62,212 nt of DNA, filler included, from Choristocarpus tenellus KU-1152 (GCA_964200185.2; 9 parts of 9 records of this genome joined end to end with filler, not necessarily neighbours in it), one strand, 5' to 3'. Numbered from the whole stretch's first letter, positions 25,030-38,430 are shown. Program-made: numbers and translations. Notes: generated by a model from the sequence alone, not told the origin.

Positions 25030-26660
25030 GTACAAAGGAAAGTCCTAAGATGGATAGTTGTTAGACTAGGTAACTAAACAGAAGAAATGAGCAGCTTTAA
25101 TTTACTACAGTTGGATATTTATCGTGCCTTCTATGACCTTCACAACCCTAGCACAGGACCATGTCCAACTAATGTTCCCACCCAAGAACTACTCTTGCCT
25201 CGAGAGGATGTGTTACGTCTCTTCCCTATAGGTACTAGTGTCAAACATTGTAGAAGGATGGAAGCTGAAGAGACACGTAGGACAGGGTCCAGTTTTTGAG
25301 TTAAAGTCACCCCACTGGAGGGTGTGGTTGAAGGATGGAGGCAAGGACGAATTCGGCAGGAGAGAGATGAGTGCCTCCTCCAGGAAACCTTCCAGCAGGT
25401 AACAACTGTATGCCTGAGGGACAAGGTGAGGTTCAGCTGGTACATGCTAGAACAAGAGATTAAACCATTGAAAATAATAATTAACTAAAAGGAATGTGAG
25501 ACAGCAGAAGTTAAGATGAAGCTGCCCACATTAGAGCACACAGTATTATACATTGGTTGTATAGGTTGAAGTTCTTGGAAAATATAAACACTGAACTCAC
25601 TAAAAAAAAATTTCCTCTTTTCTATTTTGTAACAACTTTCTGTGATCTTGAATCCTTCTGTTTTTCTAATGTTATTTATTTTTAGTTGTCATCCCATCAT
25701 CCCCTGATTTATAAATTTCATTTTCTTTTCATAGTTGTTACCCTCCTTATTTACTTACTTTTTCTTTTCTTTTTTCTTCCCTTTTACTTTTTGTGCTTTT
25801 ATTTTATTTTATTTTCTATTCAGTTTCCACTCTGTTACCCTCATCATCCACACATTTTATTATTATTTATTTTCTATTTATTGCTCATTTTAACTTTATC
25901 TCTTCTCTTTATTTATTATTAGTACTGTTTGTTGCTCTCATTGACCCTTCTTTATTTATTTATTTGATTTATTTATATATTTTTATTGCCTGTTTTGCAC
26001 ACTAGCAGCCTTGAGTATGCTTTGTGGATGGGGGGCATAGGACAGGCAATAATCAGATGCTGTGTAGGTCATGAATAATATATGTCTAATCCTTGATAGC
26101 ACTTGCATTTATATAACCGGGAAGATTGGAACAGAAGACACACAAATTGTATGCCTAATCATAGCTATGTATTTTTGTAACTTTCGAAGGTCCAGTTCAA
26201 AAGAAACAAGGTATACTCGGACTAGGCCAGGGGTAATCTGACTCTAATGTTATTCTGTGACCTTGGAAAATTTTCCCAGGGTAGACAAGGATATTTGCCG
26301 ACCTGTTTTGAGGCTAGTTGGAGTTATATATATTTTTACAATAAAAGTCTATACTCTTATCTGGTCAGACATATATCGATCTTGACTGTGCCTTACGACT
26401 TTTGAGGATCCGTTCTCGAAGGAAACTAGAGGATCGTTGATCATTGTTGGAATCCATAGGTTAATTTGGAACTGAAGTCCCTATGTTACCAAATGGCAAT
26501 TATGCATACCACCGCAGCATGATCTAAGGTGATGGATATTTAATATCCAGATAATGATTATTGCCTGTGGAAAGCATGGAACAGGTAGTCCCTGCATGGA
26601 ACATAGGATAGCAAACGTTGGCACCATGAAGTGACTTGCATCAGAACAGATAGCAATTAA
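25030..26660 (+). mobile_element. Gypsy 3' pol tail (Tudor-like) and 3' UTR, older copy
   Basis: SFNLLQLDIYRAFYDLHNP...REDVLRLFPIGTSVK is paralogous to 27054-27407. The UTR matches 27440-28410. Confidence 0.7.
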
Positions 26661-27053
26661 TGTAAGATGTTTTGCTTTAAGAAAATATATATATATCACC
26701 CCACACTGTCCCCTTGCTCTCTCTGTGCGTTGGTAAATTCAGAACTAGAGTGTACTTCCCCCTCACATATCGAACTGAGTCTAGGTGTAGCACAAATGTT
26801 ACTTCAGAGAACAGTTGATGCCGCACTCTCAGGAATACTGTCAGCTCTGCAAGATTGCCACATGGGACCTGATAATCGAGACTTAGGCGTTAGAGGTTGG
26901 TTACCACTCAGTAGTTCCCAGGATCAACGTATGCCAGTGTGTAAACCCCCTTCCTCTGGTTAGATGACCCCAGATAAAACACTTGGGGTAGACCCGACAC
27001 ACACCCCACAGCAACTCCTTCCCCCGCTTAACGCCTCTGACACTTTTGGTTAG

Positions 27054-28490
27054 CGACCTTTAGACTCTACCCAACAAGACAAGGTAGAAATAAAAGGAAA
27101 AGCAGGAGAAGAGAAGCCACTACAGTTAGATGTCTTCCATACCCTATGGGATCTCTATAATCCAGACACGAGCCCACGCCCTACTGACACCTCCCGTCAA
27201 GGAAAATCCTCGTCTAGAGAGGATGCATTACGCCTTTTCCCCACAGGTACCATTGTCAAGAAGTCATGGAAAGACGAGAAGGGAAAGGATAAGTGGTACA
27301 TAGGTACAGTTTTTGACTTCAAGTCACCCTACTGGATGGTACGGTTAAATGATGAGGATTGGGAAGAAATGAACAAAAGTGAAATGAGTTGTTTCTCCCG
27401 AAAATAATCGAACAGGTAACCACTACGCATCCAGAAGGCATATGCTTCGTGCTGGGGGGCATGAGACAGGCAATAATTGGATGATACTTGGTACCCTAGG
27501 AAAGCTGTACCTTAGAGAGAATGAATATATCCTCAGAATTAGGCTAGACGCAGACAGATTTCCCCAAGTAGGATAAGGATACATGTTTAGGTCTAGTAGA
27601 AGCTTGGCATATTTTTCTGCTCTTCCTTCTCCCTGCTACAGGATAATTTGAGGCGATTAATGACGTCTATTGTCTTCACCAGTAACAACCACTTATAGTA
27701 AACGTTATATAAGATACATTATTTTGTTTTATTTTTGGATTCTCTTCTTATTTTCTCTATTTTTGTTATCCTGAAGTCTGAGCCAAAAGAACAGGCATAT
27801 TTAGTTTAGGCAGACAGAATTTGAATAAAAGTGCATTGTATGACCTTGTGGATGGACCCTTTTCAAAATAATTGTGGAGATGGATCATTTATGATCAAGG
27901 TGATCGGAACTGGGGTCCCATTCATTTTTAGGCCATGTCAGAGTTGTATACTTTGCAATTTTTGAAGATGTTTTAAAAAGAGCAAGTACATACTCAGACT
28001 AGCCGAGATGAAAATATATTCTGTCCCTATTAGGATAAATTATCCCAAGAAAACATGGATATGTGTTGATCGATTCCGGGCCTAGTTGAAGTTATATATT
28101 TTGTTAAAAATATATACTCTGATTAGCTCAGACATTTATTGATTTTGACTGTCTTCTGACTTTTGACGAAATATTCTCAAGAATTAACTGGGAGATATGT
28201 CAAATCATTGGTTGGAACTATCTGGAATTTGGAACTGAGGTCCCTGGGTTGGAGACAACTAATAAGTTGGAACTGGAGCCCCTCTTTTGTGTGATGGCAA
28301 CTAACTCATGCTGATACAGTGTGATCTGAGGTGACAGGTAATATCTATTGTCTTAACCAGTGACAATCGCCTGCGGTAAGTGTGAAATATGTATACCTAG
28401 TTCACGCTGGGGGGCATGCTACAGGCGAATAACGTGAGTGTTTCTTCCCGCGCTTTAACTGGCGCGAGCAGTATACACGCGTGGGGAACC
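27054..28490 (+). mobile_element. Gypsy-type element 3' end: pol C-terminus with Tudor-like domain (stop 27407), long 3' UTR, PPT and LTR start (28417)
   Basis: Open frame 27054-27407 ...LQLDVFHTLWDLY...LFPTGTIVKKSW...WYIGTVFDFKSPYWMVRLNDEDWEEM; GCTGGGGGGCA then TGCTACAGGCGAATA. Confidence 0.75.
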
Positions 28491-28599
28491 NNNNNNNNNN
28501 NNNNNNNNNNNNNNNNNNNNNNNNNNNNNNNNNNTTAATTAATTAANNNNNNNNNNNNNNNNNNNNNNNNNNNNNNNNNNNNNNNNNNNNGGCATAATA

Positions 28600-29300
28600 A
28601 TAAAATATGTATTATCCTCGTCACTGTCAATACATCCCAAAAAGGCGACCTATCACATTTTGACCTGTATGAAACACAAAATCTCTCCTTCAACTCCATA
28701 ACAATAACGCCATCTAACATCTATGAGATGTTTGACAGGGGATCGACCACACATTTTTCTGCGTTGCATCTAGGACTTGAACCTATCGACTACATTGGTA
28801 GTATTAGCTCAAATGATCTCGAATATGGCCAATAATCAACGCCACTTGAGTCATGGGTAGGGACAAAATTGCGTTGCATTGACAGTACTTTCCCTTTGTA
28901 ACGAAACTGTGTATCGTTCGTTCGTGAAGTACGTGTGATCACTGACTGGGTGGTGAGGTTGCAGGATGAACGAGCTGGGAGAAAAGCTGCGGAGGGAAAT
29001 GAAGACTTTGTCATGCATGGAGCAGACTCGACCAGAGGGTTTGGTGTTCAAGTTCGAGGGTGACTTGATGTACGAGGTAAGGACGTGGACGTGGAAGTAA
29101 CTTTACTATTGACCAACCTTGCGCTCCAACAGCCTATGGTGACAATACGTGATCCGTAGGTATAAACTGCGCATAAAGTAACGAGTGAACCCCATAGCCC
29201 CATTGGGTTTTGGTGCCACGGCATCTGACCGCTTGAGACTACCACAAAAGTCCTGCGCGGATTGTAAGCCGTATACAGTTTTTGGCTAACAGTTTAGTTT
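28600..29300 (-). mobile_element. Heavily decayed Gypsy integrase C-terminal region
   Basis: Remnants AVG...KLL, FLPARSS, FRYKGK and TGQ/CDRSPFW, resembling the Tudor-tailed family. Confidence 0.4.
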
Positions 29301-29475
29301 TCCGTCTTGGCTTTAAGGAGTTTGATCGCAAATACTATGAAGTGGGACAGATGCTGAAGTCACTCATAGCGTTGGTGTTAAGGACATTATTTGATTGCGT
29401 TTGATCTCTTAAACAGATGTAATGCCCCACAAATATCAGCCACGCTTAATCCTATGGTTCTTCCTCCAACGGTAG

Positions 29476-30772
29476 GTTGCGGGAGAGAAGGCAACGGCTA
29501 GAGCGCCACCAGGCCTTTACCTTGCCAATTGTCAAAGAGCGACATGTCAGCAGATGGAGGAGTTTGGTGGGAGAAAGTTCTTCTCCTGCGCACGATGTGG
29601 TTCAAAATACTGCTGCCGCGACTGCCAGGTGACTCCTTCAAGAAGTCGGCACGGGTAAATTCCGATTGTCCTTTCGGGTCGATCAAACTATTGCAGTGCT
29701 GGCGCTGGCGCGTAGGCATCACAAGAAAACATGTACATTGCGGTCCGATTTTTTTACCTGTCCTTTCTTAATACCGTTGCATAGAGGCTTACGTTTCAAT
29801 GTGGGTACCTGCCCACATCGCCACCCACCTGAATGCCTCTTCCCTTCTCAGGTGAAGGACTGGAAAGAAACACACAAAATAATGTGTTCGCAGCTCCATG
29901 CTTTGCGCACGAACGGGGGTGATAGAGCATCGACTGATCGCCAAGAGGTTGTGGCCAGGGTGCTCACCCGAATACGACTATATCTATGTCCTTTTGCTGT
30001 ATCTCATGGCGAGAAAATAGGAAGAGGTTTTGTATTTGTGCAGACACCAAACCCTCTCCTTGAATTGAGCTACCTCAAGCCTGTGAACAGTAACGGGAAT
30101 CAGCTTGACCGTTCTGTCCTTCTGCATTTCCTCAGCATGAGAGAATTTATTGATGCGGTGATGCAGGACGACTTTGAGCTAGGGGTAAGTACCTTGAATC
30201 AGACTTAAATAATTCCAGTGAGGCCCTAGAGGTTTGATTTTTTGTGAAAACAGCCACTTAGTCAGTATAGTGAAACGTCACAAGAAGTATGCATGCAGAT
30301 GCACAATCACAGCACTTTCCGTGCATGGAAAGATTTAACTTTGAATATTTAAGGTTTTGGATGCAGTTGCAAGACTTTATCCTCTCGTCCCACTTCTGAA
30401 TACATGCTGACCTGACCATATCCTTGCTGCAGACAAGTTTCCCTATACCATCACGTTCACGCTTTGTGATAAAGCTCAGTACTAAAGTGAATGTTGGATC
30501 ATTTGACTCAAATAATCAAGTTGCTCAATCTTTTCTGTCTTACCCCCCAATGTGTGTTGTTAATCATCTTGATCCAGACAATTCACAGACCACTAGAGGC
30601 TGCAGTTGAATCATACAACCCAGCACTGGAGACTGTGGTGCTTTTACGTTCAAGATGTGGATACATGGCAGTAGTGATGGTGCCACTTGCCCCAGATCTT
30701 GCTGTTTGCCGTCAACTGGGCATGGAGTATGCTGACAAAGACGCTCTTCAACTTAATCTGGACTCAACATAG
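29476..30772 (+). CDS. MYND-type zinc finger protein (5' exon not identified)
   Basis: Exons 29476-29628, 29852-30184 and 30578-30772 splice in frame: CQRATC...CARCGSKYCCRDCQ|VKDWKETHKIMC, the MYND consensus. Confidence 0.9.
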
Positions 30773-31539
30773 GAACTTCTGCAGTTAACCACCTCAATAA
30801 TGCTGTGCCATTGTTGCATGCTTCCCTTGAGTTTTTCATACATACACCCTTCAGAAGAGTTACAATTTTCCTAATGATATATGCTAGGGTACACTTTGTT
30901 TTGGTTAATTCAGTTATTTTTGTGTCTTGTGTATTGAAATGTCTAAGAGCAGTTACTTCCTACCTTGCCATCAGGAAATGAATATTAAAGTATATTATAC
31001 AATACATTAAAGAGCCAAGAATGTAGAAAAGGATATTGTGTTCTATATATTTTTAGCAGTCCGTGTTAACTGAAGTCCATACTTCAAAGTACCATGTAAG
31101 CAGGCAAACATACAGCAAAACCCTCGATATTTGCAGTTAGTACAGCATTGTAGTCTGTGTAGTACACAAAATACTTGCATATGTTCCTGTTCTGTGTAAA
31201 AACGTTTTTTAACATGCAAAGGTGTAACATTGAAGGGAAACAACTTGACATTTCACTTAATAGTATTAGTTGTACTCTCTTTATGTACTACAGATATCTA
31301 TTATTTCAGTCATTTTTTGAAAGGGTGGACTTAAGAATGTCAATCATCTAATAGAAACATTATATGCTTAGACATACTAAGGTTCATGTAGCACAATGGT
31401 GTCACATTACACATAATAGACAAGACCAACCAAAAATAGGTCATTGGAGTGGACTTGCTAAAGATAGACCTAAAAACCAAGACTTACTTCTGCAGCGCAA
31501 GGATCATATTGGATATGATTAGCTAGGCTAAACATGGAT

Positions 31540-33005
31540 CTCACTTGTGATTGGGAAAATAGGAACTGGAGACCCATTACTTGTAGGCCATGTCAGAGAT
31601 GTATGCTTTGTAACTTTTGAACCACATCATTAAAAGGACAAGTGTAAGCTTGGATTAGGGCAGATGCAAACTGACTGAGATTGTATTCTCTGACTTTTAG
31701 GATGGACACTTCTATTGAGACCTAAGGTCGTAGGTGTTGTGCATTGTTGTGCTGTGTCTAGTTTGTGATGAAGGGTATCGTAGCGCAACAAAGCATCGTT
31801 GAATTTGTTCTGGTAGGACTGATGACATGTTTTACTCAATCAGACAATGGTTGATGTGAAATGTGTGATCATTCATTGAGACACTCAAATCAAGAAATGC
31901 ATGCTTTGTGAAGAGGCTTGTCACCTTTTGGCTGAGAAGGGCTTCAAAGGATATTTGTACCTCTGTTTATATTGCATCTCAGCGTTTGTCTGGTACACGT
32001 ATTGCAGAGTGAGCATGATGAATTATGAGGGAACAATGCCAGTCAAGACAAATAATCAAGACATGATGTTCGACTGACAACTTGTGTGAGGAATAAGAAA
32101 GGGAAAAAACAACGAAGAAACAAGGAGACAAACGTGAATCAATGTGTGAGGGAACTGTTGTGGCACATGGTATGTATGTGTGATAGGAAGCGATTGTTTT
32201 TATGCTTCCTATGTACTGTGGTGTTCTGAAGGTGATTGGTGATGTTGTGATAAGGAGCTAATGAGGTCAGTGAAAATATCGACCATTACAATGGACAAAT
32301 CAACATTCAGTATGGACTGACGATACTGTATCGTATCAAAACAAATCAAATGAATAGCCTATGTTCTAACAACGTCCAAAGGAAACAAGGATATACATCG
32401 ATCACGTTTGTAACTAGGGAGATTGGAACTGGGAACCTATTTATCTAGGCCATCTCAGAGATGTATGAATTGTAACTTTTGAACTAGACCTCCAAAAAGG
32501 AACAAGTGTATACTCGGATAAGGCCAGATACTAACCGACTCTTAATGGTATTCTGTGACCATTGGGACAGATTAACCCAAGGAAAACAAGCATAGATAAC
32601 TGTTGATCTCTTTTGGGTGTAGTCGGAGTTATACATTTTTGAAATGAAAGTGTACACTCTGATTTGGTCAACGTGCATTGACTCTTAACTGTGTATTATG
32701 ACTTCTGGGGATTCATTCCCAAAAGAAACAAGGAGATATTTCGATCATTTTGGAACAACTGGTTAATTTGGAACTGGATTCCTTGTGTTGAAAACAACTA
32801 GCTAAGTTTGAACTGGAGTCCATTTAGAGTCCCTGTGTTGGAAACAACTTGCTAATTTGGAACTGGAGTCCCTCTGTCATCCCATGGCAACAAATACATG
32901 CTGCTGCAGCACGATTGAGGTGATAGACGATACCTAATGTCTTAGCACATGATAATCACCTGTAGTAATAATGAAACGTGTATACCTAGTTCACGCTGGG
33001 GGGCA
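31540..33005 (+). mobile_element. 3' UTR fragments and PPT of the same Gypsy family
   Basis: 31540-31670 and 32400-33005 align with 27900-28416, including GGAACTGGAGTCC arrays and TATACCTAGTTCACGCTGGGGGGCA. Confidence 0.75.
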
Positions 33006-33348
33006 TGTTACAGGCGAATAGTGTAAAAACATAAGGCTACTCATTTGTGTTTTCTTGATACGATAAAGTGCCACCAGTCCACACTGACTTTTGATTGGTC
33101 CGCCGTACTAGTCGTTACTTTCACTTGTCCACTAGCTCATCATCACAACACCATCAACTATCTTCAGAACACCCTCATAAAACTCCCCCCCCCATGATCA
33201 GACCTCACACGCATGACCCGAGAGGGAGTACCATCAGCTTGGATATCAACCATATACTTCTTGAAGGCCTCAACAGCATCCGACTTAAAACAAAGGAAAT
33301 ACAACTAAACAAAACAAGAATTGTCGACCCGAATTATCTGGTGTAACG
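33006..33348 (+). repeat. Putative 3' LTR (~343 bp)
   Basis: TGTTACA...TGTAACG inverted ends directly after the PPT; the first 15 nt match 28417. Confidence 0.6.
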
Positions 33349-33652
33349 CTTAGCGCCGAGTGAAAGGGTAACCCTCTTGCGCCCTAGATCGACAAAAACC
33401 TGTTCGAATAGACTCCTCCAACTGTAATAGATATCGCTAGTAGAATACATTTTACAGAGTCAGAATACAAGAATTGTTGGTTAATACATATTTTGCTTTG
33501 CTCACGAATTCTGGATTATTATTATTATTTGCACATTCCTATTTTCTTATTCNNNNNNNNNNNNNNNNNNNNNNNNNNNNNNNNNNNNNNNNNNNNTTAA
33601 TTAATTAANNNNNNNNNNNNNNNNNNNNNNNNNNNNNNNNNNNNNNNNNNNN

Positions 33653-33694
33653 CCCAAATGGACAGCCTTCACCCCCTCCCAGATACTTCGAGCC
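33653..33694 (+). mobile_element. MITE family B right end at contig start
   Basis: CCCAAATGGACAGCC...CCCAGATACTTCGAGCC. Confidence 0.75.
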
Positions 33695-34075
33695 ACCTCC
33701 AACACAAAATCTTTAAATTCAGAGTTGTTCATTGAAACCCAGAGTGTCACTTCCTAGAAATGTTTTTCTATAGCTCTTCAGTTCTGTAAGAAGAGGGAAC
33801 AAAGTCGGAATTTTCTCATACACAGTATAGTTTGTCGCTGAGTTTAGGGTGCCGTGTTTCCTGTGCACGTGCATCCCACTGTTAGCACTTCAAGTTGTGT
33901 ACCTAGCTACCTCAGCGATTATAATGTTGCCTGCTGTTTTTTGTTTTGTCAATATAACTCGGTATGTTATATGTGCATATCGTATACCACTTCCTTTCCG
34001 CCCCATCCTAACTTTGGGAAAACCTTTCCAGTTTTACTATGTGGTGTGCGATACGTTCACTCTATGTCTGTCAAT

Positions 34076-34332
34076 GAGCCAAAGTATCTTAGAAGGTAGA
34101 GCCGTGTCCATTTGGGGGCCAAAATCCAATGTTGCGTTTTGGATGTAATATTGGCTATTGTCTTTGTTAGGAAGTGTCAATATCCTTGTTCCAGATACAC
34201 CTTTCGTAACATATACATTTTATGTACTCCTATTTATTTTGAAGCCGGAAAATGTAAAAAAAAAAACATGGGAATCCAATCCCTAAATGGACAAACAGGG
34301 CAAAACTCGTACCCTCTAAGATACTTGCACTC
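34076..34332 (+). mobile_element. MITE family A
   Basis: Full copy with TIRs; AAT on both flanks. Confidence 0.9.
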
Positions 34333-35130
34333 AATGTCTGCATCTGTAAAACGTTCTAGCTGTTACCCTGCTACTACTTCTGCTACTACTGATACTACTA
34401 CTACTGATACTCTACGATTTACAACAAGAAAGGGGTTGAAATAAAAACAAGGTCAAGGAAAATATGGAGTGATGTTGGAGGAAAGTGAAAGGTTTTGGTG
34501 TCAGGTTAAGGACCAATACACATTATGAAGAAAACTGATCATCAATGATTTCAGCATATCATCGGCATCATGTATCTCACAAGGGAGATTAATGAATGTA
34601 TCCAGTAGTGGTTGTATTAGTAGTAGTATGGGGAGAGTAGTATGTGTGATGTACGGGACATGATACACACACCACATACTAAGAATAATACATTCATACT
34701 TTGAGAATTTACAAATACATCTAAAACAGCATGTATTTCAAGAACGTATCAGCAGTGCTACATGTTACACTCAGGTCCAACAAGTGCTAAAGAGTTCAAT
34801 GCCGTCATTCTAACAATTACTCCATTCATATTTGTACCATATCAACTAAATTTAGCTCTAGCAAGTCAAAGTGACCAGATTATTTTCCTCACCAGTCGGT
34901 GATATTGCCAACACTTGTCTCCCATTGGTAGTGCACATACTGAGTGGATACTGCTCCACTGTCCTCCTACTAATCTGCTTGGCATGATGCTCCCTGAGGT
35001 GTTGCCCATCATCCTGTTAAACATCATTGTCCACCCAGACAGCACTATTCAGTTGTAGTATAGGTGCCGTAATTCCCAGCACTTCCACATCAAGGTACGC
35101 CTTGGGATCAAGTACCATCTCCTTGGTATT

Positions 35131-35388
35131 GAGTCAAAGTATATTAGAGGGTACAGCCACGTCCAAATGGGGGTCAAAACCCAATGTTGCGATTTTGATG
35201 TAATTTTGGCTATTGTGTTTGTTAGCAGTTGCTAATGTCCTCGCTCCGGACACACCTTTTCATAAGGTATACATTTTACCTACCTCAAAACATTTCGGAG
35301 TAGGAGATTGTCATAAGAAGCCCCTGGGGAGTCAAGCCTCAAATGGACAAACAGGGTAAAACTGATACCCTCTAAGATACTTTCACTC
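35131..35388 (+). mobile_element. MITE family A
   Basis: Full copy; flanks TATT/AATT. Confidence 0.9.
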
Positions 35389-35778
35389 AATTCCTTATAA
35401 GGAGATTGGTCCATGAGCATTGCTTCATTGCACTTTCTTCCTCAAGACTTGATCCCAAACCCCAAGCAAGTTGCCATCTCAATGTGTACTTCTTTGAAAT
35501 CAACACGTTTGACCAGTCCAAAGCAGCCATACTGGATATTGCAGTATCCGCAATCTAACAAACTAATGCGTCAGTCAAGTTGTGACAGAGACTCTGCAGC
35601 TTTGCAGGCATGATTTGTATAATATGCAGCAGAGCCGTGTTCGTTATGTATCGCCTTGTCCTTGTTGAGAGGCTTCAACAGAGTGTCGAGTCCGCGACTG
35701 CCGTCTACAGGGCTTGGATACGTGTTGAACATAAAACGGCATCCCCAGAAGTCTTTCAACCCTGCACAAACGTCTTGC
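35389..35778 (-). pseudogene. Possible SET-domain-like coding relic between two MITEs
   Basis: CRFMFNTYPSPVDG...GSAAYYTNHAC resembles the SET (R/Y)INHSC motif; in-frame stops present. Confidence 0.35.
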
Positions 35779-36036
35779 GAGTGAAAGTATCTTAGAGGGT
35801 ACGAGTTTTGCCCTGTTTGTCCATTTGGGGCTTGGCTTCCCTCAGGGTATTTTAAGACATTACCTACTCGGAAAATTTTCGGAATAGGTAAAATGTGTAC
35901 GTTATAAAAAGGTGCGTCGAGAACAAAGATATTGACACTTCCTAACAAACACGATAGCCAAAATTTCATCAAAATCGCAACATTGGATTTTGGCCCCCAA
36001 ATGGACGCGGCGCTACCCTCTAAGATTCATTGGCTC
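35779..36036 (-). mobile_element. MITE family A
   Basis: Full inverted copy; TTGC on both flanks. Confidence 0.9.
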
Positions 36037-37302
36037 TTGCTACACTCTCCCTCTGTCCCCTTAATGTTCGTGGGTGCATGAACCTCCATAGATCCTACTC
36101 ATTTATGTAACGTTCAGCACCCACCAATAAAAATAAACATTTGAGGGTATGGACCCACTAGGAACAGGAAGGGATACGGTTAGGATTGAGATTTAAATGG
36201 TTCTGGCTTAGAGTTCTTCAAACCCCTGCTGATAGGAGATGGGCGGATGCAAATGCTACAAGGATGCAAATGCACAACCTAAAAATACCAACACTACTGC
36301 TTTCTGCCGTTGAAACTATCACTACTAACGCCACCTCTAGTAATTATCACGACAGGTACTTGTACGATGAGAAGCACTATTCATTCCGGCAACAAGAATG
36401 AAAATGTTGGTAATCAGACAGTGTTGCTCACAGGGAACTTTTTCGATAAAAATATAGTACTACCGTGGAAGAAGGAATGTTTAAAAGCATGGAGAAGCAA
36501 CGTTGAAGAGAGTCATCGCCAGTATCAAAGAACCTGGTAACAGATTTTTTTTAACATTAACACAAACATAATGTACTGTTTAGAGTGTTTACCTACATGT
36601 ACAACAAAAGCAAATATTCCACACAATGAACACCCTTGCCAAAGAATATCAGTATTACAAGTAACCCACCTAAGAAGACCCCCTCCAAGGCACATGGAGT
36701 ATCAAAAATGAGCCAGACTACACATTTCTAACCCCCCAAAAAAGAAATTCGGCAATTACAGTATTGACAGCTAAAATACAGGGGAAGGGAGGGGGTAGTG
36801 GGTCGGGAGGATTGAGTCAAAATCCCTTAGGAGTGTAGGAAGGGGCTAACAAGAGATCATTGAAATGAAAGCACGTACTCCCAGGTGTAAAGGACTGCGT
36901 TCCAAGTAGGGGGAGACAATACCGCTAATAATACAGAATGAAACTACTCTTCTACTACTCCAAGATATTACTTCGATCTTCTAGCTCTACTTCTAAACCT
37001 GTGGGTTTCCCAACAAAAACATCACACGATATCATACACCATACATTATATCCACCAAGAATGCGCCAAAGTATAGCATAAAAGAAATCTTCGTAAAAAA
37101 AAATATTTGTCTTGCAACTACTTCGAATGTTGTGACTGGAAGTCATCATTCACAATCGTCGACATCCATAGGAGTTGTGTCCCCACCCTGTCCTTCTCCA
37201 ATCCCAGATCCAACCGCCTCTTTCTCCCCTCCACCTGACAACTCCTTATCCTGGGCGTCACTCTCAGCCTCCTTGTCAAGAGGGATTCTCTCAATGGGCC
37301 CG

Positions 37303-37372
37303 GAGTCAAAGTATCTTAGAGGGTACGGCCGCGTCCAAATGGGGGTCAAAATCCAATGTTGCGATTTTGATG
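37303..37372 (+). mobile_element. MITE family A left end at contig break
   Basis: GAGTCAAAGTATCTTAGAGGGTACGGCCGCGTCCAAATGG. Confidence 0.85.
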
Positions 37373-37797
37373 NNNNNNNNNNNNNNNNNNNNNNNNNNNN
37401 NNNNNNNNNNNNNNNNTTAATTAATTAANNNNNNNNNNNNNNNNNNNNNNNNNNNNNNNNNNNNNNNNNNNNCCCTCCTTGCCCATCTCCCTGGTGACTC
37501 TAGCTTAAAACGCATGACTCGCCGAGATAATTCTATCACACATATTATATTATTATCGCTCTAAGATTTTACTGATGTGTCGAGGAAAATGGTTCTTACC
37601 GTATTAAGGTATGTTTTCCCCACATATCATACCCAGCGAAAAAAAAAGTATATGTCATAACACGTCATCGATATATTGTAGTGACAGTTCGCATCCTCTC
37701 ACAGCAGTGGAGAACGAAAAACTGGGAGGTATTCAAGAGGGAAGTTGTTAACCTAACTTGTGACTTCGTGGAGATAGTGAAGAATCAGCGTTGGAGA

Positions 37798-38430
37798 ATG
37801 TGTTCAATTCTGCGGAAAAAAGCTGCACTATCTTCCACTCGGAAAGTGTTGTCTCCAGTAGCGTGCAGAATGTCATCGATGAGTCTTGGCGAGGAAGTGC
37901 CCCATATCCAACAGTCCGCGGTACCCCAAAGCATCCAACCTACAGCCCCCGTCCAAATTGATCCAGACTCAAACCATGTATCAGACAACACCTTGAAAGA
38001 GCGACTTAATAGGGTCAACTTGGCCCTGAAGTGAGTGAAGGATACCTTTCTCTACCAACTAAACTACGAACTAATATACCAAGGAATGTACTACTACCAG
38101 TGTTTATCCAACAATAACATAGGGTCACTGCTGGGTGGTTGCTCGGTTGAGTACATGGGTACATAGATGCAACATCATGACTTCATGGATTCTAGGAAAT
38201 TTATCAGTTTGTCGCGAAGACCCTTAACATTCAACGCACACATCTCTCGGATATCACCCAACCATGAATGCAGGGAACTGAATGCTAAGCTGGAAACTGT
38301 TCAAGACGAAAGTCGTAGACGATCTCTGAGACTCCATCTGCAAGCCTTGGCTACAAGAGGAGAGACCATCTCCAAAGCATCGAATGAGCTGGAAACCATC
38401 ATGCGTATGGCAAGATCAACCCGAGTTTAA
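37798..38430 (+). CDS. Hypothetical 129-aa two-exon protein with a coiled-coil-like C-terminus and possible mitochondrial presequence
   Basis: Exons 37798-38030 (GTGAGT donor) and 38274-38430 join in phase 2: ...VNLALKELNAKLETVQDE... The N-terminus is R/K/S-rich with no acidic residues. Confidence 0.65.

Noticed and set aside
32750-32875. Regularly spaced TTGGAACTGGA repeats (also 28210-28285)
   Set aside because: Only 3-4 copies with similar spacers, inside a retrotransposon 3' UTR. Not a CRISPR array.
33849-34444. ORFs overlapping MITE A (also 35571-35972, 37132-37428, 59715-60008)
   Set aside because: The recurrent peptides (SQSILEG, YPLRY) are translations of the non-coding MITE.
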